Both the position numbers and the translations under genes were made by a program. Below the pieces are notes generated by a model that was not told where the DNA came from, did not search any database, and saw only the letters and a program-made list of their open reading frames with translations. Positions 44,227-53,900 of a stretch of 54,105 nt of DNA are shown in pieces; positions within the stretch are counted from its first letter, which is position 1; every line of letters starts with the position of its first letter. The stretch spans positions 1 through 54,105 of the forward strand of contig JASFHL010000008.1 in NCBI GenBank assembly GCA_050123235.1. Direction: 5' to 3'. The stretch comes from Candidatus Woesebacteria bacterium (GTDB lineage: Bacteria > Patescibacteriota > Microgenomatia > UBA1400 > PJMF01).

Positions 44227-45558
44227 ATGATCGATTTTGTCAAACTCACTCTTATTGCTGGCGATGGTGGCCATGGTAAAGTCTCTTTTCGCCGAGAAAA
44301 ATATGTGCCCAAAGGTGGTCCTGATGGAGGTCATGGTGGTGATGGGGGCAGCATTATTATGGTTGGCAAAAAGGGACTGAATACGCTGAGGCACTTTGCT
44401 GGAGTAAAAAAATATCAGGCTGAAGATGGGAACATGGGTGAAAAAAGAAAGAGAATGGGTGCTAAAGGGAAAGATATTATTCTTGAAGTACCACTGGGCA
44501 CAGTTATTTACTTGGAAGAGGAGAATCAGACTAGCCGAGCACATCGACAGGGTTGGCAGACTAATAGAGGAGATGTTTCTTTTGAAAAGTATTATTTAGC
44601 TAAAGAAGGCCAGGGTATTCCAGAGAGAGAAGAGGATAAATTTTTGGCGGTGAAAGTTGATGAATCAGAGCTGACATTAGCTTCAGACCAAGCTTTACGA
44701 GAAAAACCTTCTTCGAGTCAAGACAGCAGTGCAGAGTCTAAGGCAAAAGCTTTAAAGTACCTTGAGATTTTGGAAGATGGTCAGAAAATAGTGCTTTGCC
44801 AAGGTGGTTATGGCGGCCGGGGAAACACTAGTTTTAAAGGGCCGAGTAATACCACTCCATTAGAAGCTGAATATGGTACTTTTGGCGGAAAAAAGAAGAT
44901 GATCTTAGAATTAAAGTTACTAGCTGATGTTGGCTTAGTGGGTTTGCCTAATGCTGGTAAAAGTACGCTTTTGTCCAAAGTGACTAAAGCTAGACCTAAA
45001 ATAGCTGCTTATCCTTTTACCACTCTTGAACCAAACTTGGGAATTTTACAGTTGGCTGATGATTTTAGTTCTGAAATCAAGAAAGGCCGACAAAGAAGCA
45101 GTGAACTGTCTAGTAAGATGGCGGTGAGGAAGCAAAAATATGGAGAAAAAAGAGAATTAGTGCTAGCTGATATTCCTGGTTTGATTGAGGGTGCTAGTCA
45201 AGGTAAAGGTTTAGGTTATACTTTTTTGAGACATATTGAAAACTGTAAGGTCTTGTTATTTGTACTTTTTTTGGAAGAAACAGTGGCAGTTGATAAAGAT
45301 TTAACTGATCAGAAAAAAGCAGAATTCTTATGGCAGCAATTTTTAAGTTTAAAAAAAGAATTAGATGTTTATTCAGATATTTTGAAACAGAAAAAATATA
45401 TTTTGAGTTTAAATAAAATAGATATTTATAGTAATAAACTTATTGATACTATAGTTAAGTTTTTTAATAATAAAGATAGGGAAATATCAGTATTCAGTGC
45501 TTTTACCAATCAGGGTTTAAATGAGTTGAAACGGGCTTTGTTTAAAGAAGTTGGGTAA
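44227..45558 (+). CDS. obg: GTPase Obg/CgtA (with two large insertions)
   Basis: Obg fold FVKLTLIAGDGGHGKVSFRREKYVPKGGPDGGHGGDGGSII. G1 GLPNAGKSTLLS. G3 DIPGLIEGA. Confidence 0.93.
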   Translation: MIDFVKLTLIAGDGGHGKVSFRREKYVPKGGPDGGHGGDGGSIIMVGKKGLNTLRHFAGVKKYQAEDGNMGEKRKRMGAKGKDIILEVPLGTVIYLEEENQTSRAHRQGWQTNRGDVSFEKYYLAKEGQGIPEREEDKFLAVKVDESELTLASDQALREKPSSSQDSSAESKAKALKYLEILEDGQKIVLCQGGYGGRGNTSFKGPSNTTPLEAEYGTFGGKKKMILELKLLADVGLVGLPNAGKSTLLSKVTKARPKIAAYPFTTLEPNLGILQLADDFSSEIKKGRQRSSELSSKMAVRKQKYGEKRELVLADIPGLIEGASQGKGLGYTFLRHIENCKVLLFVLFLEETVAVDKDLTDQKKAEFLWQQFLSLKKELDVYSDILKQKKYILSLNKIDIYSNKLIDTIVKFFNNKDREISVFSAFTNQGLNELKRALFKEVG

Positions 45559-45600
45559 AGAGATTAGATATATGTTTTAATTCTAAACAAACTCTGTTCC

Positions 45601-47967
45601 CTAATTAGTCGGTAATTGGTATGGATCTTGCTCTGTTTCTTCTTCTATTAAGTCAATATCTTCAGCCCCTTCCAAAGCTTGATCTGCAGCTTGATTAAGC
45701 ACTTGTTGATTTGGATTCTGGACACTTTGTTCAATTAGAGATGGCATTTGTTCAGAGCCTGCACCTTGTTTTCTACTTTGCTCAGTTTGAGCACTAGCAG
45801 CATCTTGAACCTGTGCTGAATCACTAGCTTCTTTAATTTTTTTGTCAATTGTAGCTAAATCTTTCTGAACTACGCCATAGTCTTCACTGTCTTGGGGTAA
45901 TAAGAGTAAAGCTTGTTCCAAAGCCATTTTAGCTTCTGATAATCTGTTAAGATTTATCAAAGGTAAACTAATTTGATAGTAAGCAATTGGTAAATCTGGT
46001 TTAAGATTAATTGCCTGCTGGTAAAGATTAATAGCTTGATTGTATTGTTCTTGACTCATCAATAGGCTAGCTAATTCAACTCTAAGCAGCGGATTACTTG
46101 GATAAGTTTCAATCGCTCTTAAATAAGAACTGACAGCTAATTGTAAAGCCTCCTCATTGATTGGGGCAATAGCTCGGTAAACCTGAGCTAAAATTAACTG
46201 ATTATTAACATCCATTGGATCTAGAATAGTTGCTGCTTTAGCTTCTCGGACTGCTTGTTGTAGAAGTTGCAACATTTGATTTGTTTCTTGCTCAGTTAGA
46301 TCTGCTTTATTTGACAGAGCAGTGGCAATTTTAAGGTTAGTCAAAGCATATTCTCTTCTGGTTGTATCTAGATAAGGATTTAAGCTGACGGCCTTAGCTT
46401 GCTCTTCATAGGTTTTGACTGCATCATTTTGTAGAAAAGCCTTGTTAGCAAGGTAAAGCTGATGAAAACTTAAGTAGGCTCTAGCAGTAAGGAAGAGTAA
46501 AAAACATAATGCTAATCCTAGCAAGCTATTAACAATTAAAATCATTAAATTATTAATAGAAGGTGTTTTGTCTTGCTGATTTTGCTTTTTAACGGAAACA
46601 GTCATATTCAATGCCTCTAATTCCAGACTTGGAAATTGCTTGCGGAAATTTGCCATCCAGAAAGCTAAGGCAATGGCTTGGATTATCAAAAGCACAGCAT
46701 TAGGAGGAAATAGTAGCTGCATCATAAAAACAGCGGCAATTACCCAAGTTAAGGCTGAATCTTTGCTCGCTATCAGATTTTTTTTGCGGAAAAATTGTAG
46801 CATCAAGAAAATCCAAGCTAAAGTTCCTAATAAACCATGAGTGACTATTAAAGTTAAAGGTAAGTTGGCAGCCCTAGAGAAATTTGTTTGCCAGTATGTT
46901 TTCCCATTAGTCCAAATTGGTCTGAAAATAGTATAGACATTCTGATAAGCATCTGTACCTTGGCCAACTAGAGCGGTTTTTGGTGAGCGCAAGCTATCCA
47001 GCCCCACTGACCAACTAGCAGATAGTGAGGGTAATGTTAGTGGGGTTTGTTTGCCTGGTAATAAAGACCAGCCAAAGATTAACAAACCAGCGATGATAAT
47101 CGGCGCGCTAATAAGGTTGATGCTTGATAAGTATCGCTTTTTTACAACTTGAGCAATGATCGCCACCAAGTTTAGGGCTAAAATTTGAACAGCAGTAAAA
47201 GAGGAGCCGCTGAGGTTAAAAATCAAATTATTAGGCAATTGGAAGCCAGTTATTAAACTAATTAGTTTACTTGGGCCAAAACCTATTAATTGTAATAAAC
47301 CTGATACAGTCAAAATAACTGAGGATAAATTAAAGGTAGTGATAAATTTATCTTCAATATTTTTGTTTTTAATTAAAGATGCCCCTAGAAGAGAAATGAT
47401 GCCAAAGGCTATATAAATTCCTCCCATGCCAAGTAGATTCTCCACAGGATAAGTTTGAGTTAAAAAAGTAGAAGCAGCTGTAGCCAAGCTAAACAGAATC
47501 AGAGGAACAGTGACAGGGGAGAGAATTATCCGCCAGCTTTTTTGTTGCGAAGAGGAAATTAAAAAGAGCAGGCCGAAAATGAGACTGACAAAGAGTGTTA
47601 AAAATAGTTTGCTTTGAAAGATAAAGTTATTAGTAAAAGGAACAACAATAATTGGTAGTAAGAACAGTAGAGTCAATAAGGGCCAACTAGCAAATTTTTG
47701 TAAAATTGACGGACTAGTTTTTTTCTGGGTTATAGAGCTGTGAAAAGTTAGGGTTGGGTCAAGGTCTCTGTTCATAATTTTCTTTTTCTTAAGAGAGACT
47801 GTGATTGCTTGTTTTACAATGCTGTTGAGCGCTGTATCCAGATATACATTCTCTCTTTGGTAAAAAGCAGTATGCCTGCTTTCCCATATCTCTGCAAGAG
47901 TTGATTTGCAGGTTATGGGATTAATATTGTTAATTAATAATCCACCAGTTAAATTCAACATCTTCAC
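45601..47967 (-). CDS. polytopic membrane protein (Wzy/O-antigen-ligase-like) with C-terminal TPR repeats
   Basis: About 12 hydrophobic helices lie in residues 90-500. After a further helix, TPR-like repeats follow (AYYQISLPLINLNRLSEAKMALEQAL etc.). The GTG start at 47967 overlaps the upstream gene by 38 nt. An alternative ATG is at 47775 (MNRDLDPTL). Confidence 0.65.
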   Translation of the reverse strand: MKMLNLTGGLLINNINPITCKSTLAEIWESRHTAFYQRENVYLDTALNSIVKQAITVSLKKKKIMNRDLDPTLTFHSSITQKKTSPSILQKFASWPLLTLLFLLPIIVVPFTNNFIFQSKLFLTLFVSLIFGLLFLISSSQQKSWRIILSPVTVPLILFSLATAASTFLTQTYPVENLLGMGGIYIAFGIISLLGASLIKNKNIEDKFITTFNLSSVILTVSGLLQLIGFGPSKLISLITGFQLPNNLIFNLSGSSFTAVQILALNLVAIIAQVVKKRYLSSINLISAPIIIAGLLIFGWSLLPGKQTPLTLPSLSASWSVGLDSLRSPKTALVGQGTDAYQNVYTIFRPIWTNGKTYWQTNFSRAANLPLTLIVTHGLLGTLAWIFLMLQFFRKKNLIASKDSALTWVIAAVFMMQLLFPPNAVLLIIQAIALAFWMANFRKQFPSLELEALNMTVSVKKQNQQDKTPSINNLMILIVNSLLGLALCFLLFLTARAYLSFHQLYLANKAFLQNDAVKTYEEQAKAVSLNPYLDTTRREYALTNLKIATALSNKADLTEQETNQMLQLLQQAVREAKAATILDPMDVNNQLILAQVYRAIAPINEEALQLAVSSYLRAIETYPSNPLLRVELASLLMSQEQYNQAINLYQQAINLKPDLPIAYYQISLPLINLNRLSEAKMALEQALLLLPQDSEDYGVVQKDLATIDKKIKEASDSAQVQDAASAQTEQSRKQGAGSEQMPSLIEQSVQNPNQQVLNQAADQALEGAEDIDLIEEETEQDPYQLPTN

Positions 47968-50900
47968 TTGTTACTAGATCAAAGCCTACAATGAATTTAC
48001 CCTCTGCGGCAGGAGTACTTGGGTTTTCAGCTAATTGAGCTTTAACATAGAGTACCTGATTATTTGTTGAACCTACAGGTGTTACATAAATTAGACTATC
48101 TTCTGTAACTAGTTCTGAATAAATAGTAATTTGAGTTTCTCCAGCTTTAACCTTAGCTTTACCTGAAGTTTTTTGAGCTATTACTGTGGTTGAGTCATTA
48201 GTAGACAGATCTTCGCTATCAACTCCAACTCCACCAGAAAAATCAGCTTTGCCCTCAGCTGAGATGCTAGCTACTGGGATACCTTGTTCGTTGACAATTT
48301 GTAGTTCTGTTTGTTTGACCTCACCAGAATCAGTTGCCACTCCAGCAATTTTAATTTGTACGGGCTCTTCATAATTGGCAGCTTCAATTAGGTTGCTGAG
48401 TAATGTTTGTTTAGCTTCAATTTTGTTTGCTTCCAGACTATTGCTGGCTAGTTTGCCAGTAACTGTCAGATCACCGTCGATTACTATCTGACCGGATTCG
48501 TCTAGCACCATCAAGCCTGCCAGCAAGGAGATTTGTCCTAAGCCAGATGGCTGGATTCTAAGAATTATTTCAGCGTCAGCTGCTTGAGGTTGGTAGTTGA
48601 TGCTTCCTGGGGTGAAGATCATGCCATCACCAAGGGCAATTGTCTGATTGACGCCAAGAGTGTTAGCAACATAGGCATTGCCATTAATTTCAAGATATTT
48701 ATCAATATAAGCAGCGCTAGGAGTGATGACCACATCATCGGTATCAAGATTAAGATCTGCTAAGCTTTGTCTGATTGAAGTAGCGTCTGGGATGGAGGAT
48801 TCTGGAGGTGAATAACCAGCATCTTCAACGGCAGCAGCTGCTTCTTCAGCTGAACCGGTCTCTGTTTCACCCATCAGTTGACCCAGTAAGCTAGGTTGGC
48901 GGAAAGCTGCAGCTACTTTATCTTCAAAACCATCAATATTCTCAGCATAAAGAGTGCCACTGACCGTAGCATCTTGAACTATATTAATAGTCTGAGTTTC
49001 GATGCTTTCTAATTCAGCCATTTTAGATTCTAGATATTCGAGTCTAGTGGAATGAGCCTGGATGTTATCAGCTATCAGTTGACCACTGACCGTGGCATTT
49101 TCAGTTTCCAATTGTTGAGTTTTAATTTGCTGAGCTGCAATTTCGGCAGCAGTTAATTGGCCAGAAACACTGGCATTTTGAGTAATTAATTGACCCAAGG
49201 TGGTTTGACCAGTGAACTCGGCGTTGCCTTCACTATCTAGGGTGGCTATAGTTTCATTATCTGAATTTTTGTACTCAATTGTAGCAATTTTGCCAGGCTC
49301 ATTTTTAATCCTGATTATTTTTGTACTCAGTTCAGAGATATTGGCTTTAGTGGCTGTAATTCTCTCTGCCACTAATTCTTGAGTTTCCACTAGGCCGGCT
49401 TTGACTTTACCGACTACTGTTTCAGCAAAAGCAGCTATTTTTGTGATCAAAGAGCCATCTGAGATCTGAGTAACTTGATAATTTCCAGCTTGATTTTGCT
49501 GGATAATTAATTCACCACTGGAGTCAAAATTGATATCAGTTGCTATTGATTCAGCTAAAGCATTAATCTGTGCTTGTTGTTCTTTGATGCCTTCAACAAG
49601 ATAAGCAGTTATTTTACCGTACCTAATTGATTTATAACCTTCATCGTCTGTACTGACTAGCTCTGGAATGACAGTTTCCATTTCTTGAGCAATAAAACCT
49701 ACTTGTTGTTCAGTACCATATTTTTCATTAATCCAATAATATTTTTTAGCTTCAAGTTTTAGAATTTTTGATAAAGAGCTGCCAAGTGGCACAATATCTT
49801 TTTTAAACCTTATATCTGAAGAGTCAGTAATGCCATAGCCACGGATAGTGCCATTGACATCTAGTTTATAGGTAGGGGTAGTGTCATTGATACCTACGTT
49901 TCCGTCTGATTTAATTCTCACTTTTTCTAAATAGTCATTATCATCTCTGGTCCAAAAGACCATATCATGGTAGTCAGCACTACCTCCAGCACCTTGTCTT
50001 AAGATAACACCGATTTTGCCACCAGTGTAAAAACTATCAGTAAATCTTTCATTTCTAAACTCAATGGCACCACCAATTCCGTTTTGGGGGGAACCAGTAG
50101 TTCGACGATCGATAGTGAGAACAGTTTGTAAACTGGCGGTGTCTGCATCAAGTCTGACTACATGTAAAGGTGTATCGGGACCAGTAGTGCCAATGCCCAC
50201 ATTACCCTCAGCCTGTTCAATTACCATAGTTGGACCAAGATCATTTTCGATAATTTTAAAATCACCAGTATTTTGATCGCGACCAATATCCCAATAATTA
50301 CTACCAGTAGTTTCTAGTCTAAGTTGTACTGCATTAAGACCTCCTCCAGAACGTACGACATGGAGTGCTCTACCTGGATCAGTAGTGCCAATGCCCACAT
50401 TACCGTTGGAAGTAATTCTCATTCGTTCGCTACCAGCAGTATCAAGAGCAATAGTATCATTGGCTGGGAAATTAAGATATGTATTGGTATCACCGGTGTG
50501 ATAAAGATACTGAGTGGTATATAAATTTCCGTCTACATCAGCAATAATATTCCCAGCTGCAGAGTCTAAGCCTATGGCATCATTTGGATTGCCAATTCTC
50601 ATATACTGATCAGCAGAATTAAGACTTAGCCCAATATTAAAGATGCCGTTATCTCCGGCTGTGCCTTCCACCCCAGCATTAAGTGAAATTTCACCATCTG
50701 CAGAGTGGCCGGTGAACAAGATTTTAGATACACCAGCACTACTTTTAATAATTTTCCCTTCTTCATCCACATTGAGCATAATATTAAAGTTACCTTGACC
50801 ATCATTAACAGTGATATTATTAGTTAAATAACCTAATGAATCTTCCATGCGAATCATGTAGTCCCCAGTATTGCCTGAGCCTTGGCCAATCCTGAGGTAA

Positions 50901-53900
50901 TTCTCAACATTAGTAATACCGTTAACATCGAGTTCATATTGAGGATCAGTAGTGCCAATGCCCACATTACCATCCACATCAATTCTCATTCTTTCAGATG
51001 GAACGTAAAGACTGCCATCGGTTAGACTATCATCTGTATAAAATGAGATGACGCCAAGGAACTGTCGAATCATTGAAGCCTCAGTAGATCGAGCACTGTA
51101 ACCACTGTCATATTCAACTCCAGCAGCAACATCGAGATAACTGTCAGCAATGGAAGTAAAAAAAGCTCCTTCATTATCACTTTGACCAATATGGAATGTA
51201 GAAGGATTACCGGTACTAATAACGCTTAGCTTATTAGCTGCATTAGTGGTCCCAATACCGATATTAGTGCCATTCTCGAACATGACACTAGTGGTCAGAG
51301 AATTAGCATCAGACCATTTGGTGATGTAGTTAGCAGTACCAGAGCCATCCACGAGACTACTACCCCAAACTCTAGAATCGATTTCATCAGTGGTGACTTG
51401 GTTGCTGGAGTTTAGAATCAAAACTGTGTTATCGGTGCCAGTGCCTAAGCCAGTTAAAGTTACAGTGTTATCGGCATTGATAGTATCAGCATAAATTTCC
51501 CAACGTAGACTAGAAGTGCCTAAGTCATAGTCAGCTACAGTTGGAGCAATGGTACCAGCAACCTGTAGTTTATAAACAGGAGCAGCTGTCCCGATGCCAA
51601 TATTGTTTCCTTCAGTAATAACAAGAGCATCTCCATCTGTGATGGAATTAACATTGATGCTCATATAAGGATCAGTATCATCTGCAACATAAAAGTTAGC
51701 ATAAGGGACAGAATCTGTACCATCTGATTCTCTTAATATTAAACCAAATTCATCATCTTCTGATCTCAGATCTATGGCGCCGATAGAATCTGTACCAGCT
51801 TCAGTAGAGATAATGAGATTACCACTTGTGCCCACATAAATATCTGCGATCTCTGCACTTGCATCTGCTCCTCTTAGACGTAGGGCGTCAGTGATAGTTC
51901 CAGCAATATCTAGTTTAGCAAGAGGACTGCTAACTCCAATACCCACATTAGTTCCATCATCGTACATGATACTAGTGGTCAGGGAATCAGCATCAGACCA
52001 TTTGGTAATGTAGTTTTGTGTACCGGATCCATCCACGAGGCTACCATCCCAGACTTTAGAGTCAATTTCATCAGTAGTAACTTGGTTACTGGAGTTTAGA
52101 ATTAAAACAGTATCATCTGTGCCAGCCCCTAATCCAGTGAGAGTGATAGTACTGTCAGCATCAATAGTATTGGCATAGAGATCCCAACGTAGGCTGGAAG
52201 TACCTAAATCGTAGTCTGTGACACTCGGGGTGATAGCTCCAGCCACTTGTAGTTTACTCCCTGGGTCAGTGGTACCAATGCCGACATTGCTAGCATCATT
52301 ATAGAGAGAATCAGTGTTAATCCAGCTAGCTCCATCGTGGTAAAGAGTTTCACCACCTGAACCAACAGGTAGTAGACCACCATCACCATTAAGCTGAGTA
52401 CCATTCCAGAAAAGATTACCACTGACATTATAGAGTCTGTCAGTAGTAGGAGTAGGGGAACTGGTTTGAGCCAGCTGCACTCGACCATTGATGCTAAGTA
52501 ATTCACCAGGGTCACTAGTGCCAATGCCAATATTAGTGCCATCATCATAGATGACGCTATCAGTTAAGGAGTCACTATCAGACCACTTGGTGATGTAATT
52601 TGCAGTACCAGAGCCATCAACTAGGTTACCATCCCAGACTTTAGAGTCAATTTCATCAGTAGTAACTTGGTTACTAGAGTTTAGAATTAAAACAGTATCA
52701 TCTGTGCCAGCCCCTAGTCCAGTGAGAGTAACAGTACTGTCAGCATCAATAGTATTGGCATAGAGATCCCAACGTAGGCTGGAAGTACCTAAGTCATAAT
52801 CAGTAGTAGTGGGAACAATAGCTCCAGCTACTTGTAGTTTAGCAGTACTGGTGCCTGTGGTCCCAATCCCCACATTCCCGCTACTACCCTCTACAAAGAT
52901 AGCAGTGTAATTACTATCAGCATAAACGGTAGTATCCACATCACCACCATCACCAATTTGTACGTAGTCTTGAGTATCATCTTCATGAAGAGTAAAGAGC
53001 ACTTCATCACCAGTAGCCATTTTAAGATCATCATCAGTAAAATTCAGATAAGTATCAGTATCACCAGAATGTCTGAGGTATTGGGCGAAATCAGTATTAG
53101 TATTATCAAATGTTTGTTGACCTGTCCAGGTGTTATCGTTAGCTAGATTGATTGAGGCCACTACATCACCAGTGGTTGGAGAGATTGTCAAAGTGCCATC
53201 AACATTAGTAACAGAGTTAACTATACTGCCAGATCCAGCAGTTAGATCTTCCCAGCTAGAACCGTTATAATAGTAAAGATTAGTACCATCAGAGTAGATG
53301 TCACCTGCGGCTGGGCTACTAGGAGTGCTGGCAGTTTCAAGACGGACTGCTCCATTAATATCCAGAACCCTAGCTGGCGCAGTCGTGCCGATACCCACAT
53401 AACCAGTACTTCCTTCGACAAAAATGGCAGTGTAATTACTATCAGCATAAACGGTAGTATCCACATCACCACCATCGCCGATCTGCACGTAGTCTTGGGT
53501 GTCATCTTCGTGAAGAGTAAAGAGCACTTCATCACCAGTGGCCATTTTAATATCATCATCAGTAAAATTAAGATAGGTATCAGTATCGCCAGAGTGTCGA
53601 AGGTATTGAGCAAAGTCGGTATTGGTATTATCAAAAGTTTGTTGACCTGTCCAAGTATTAGCATTCGCCACATTAAGTGAAGCTATCACATCACCACTAG
53701 TAGGTGAGATAGTTAAGCTGCCGTCAACATTAGAAACAGAACTTACTACACCCCCTGCAGCTGTAGTCAAGTCTTCCCAGCTAGAACCATTGTAATAATA
53801 AAGGTTAGTTCCATCAGAGTAGATATCACCTGCGGCTGGGCTACTAGGAGTACTCACAGTCTCCAGACGCATTGCCCCATTAATATCTAAAGGCCTAGCT

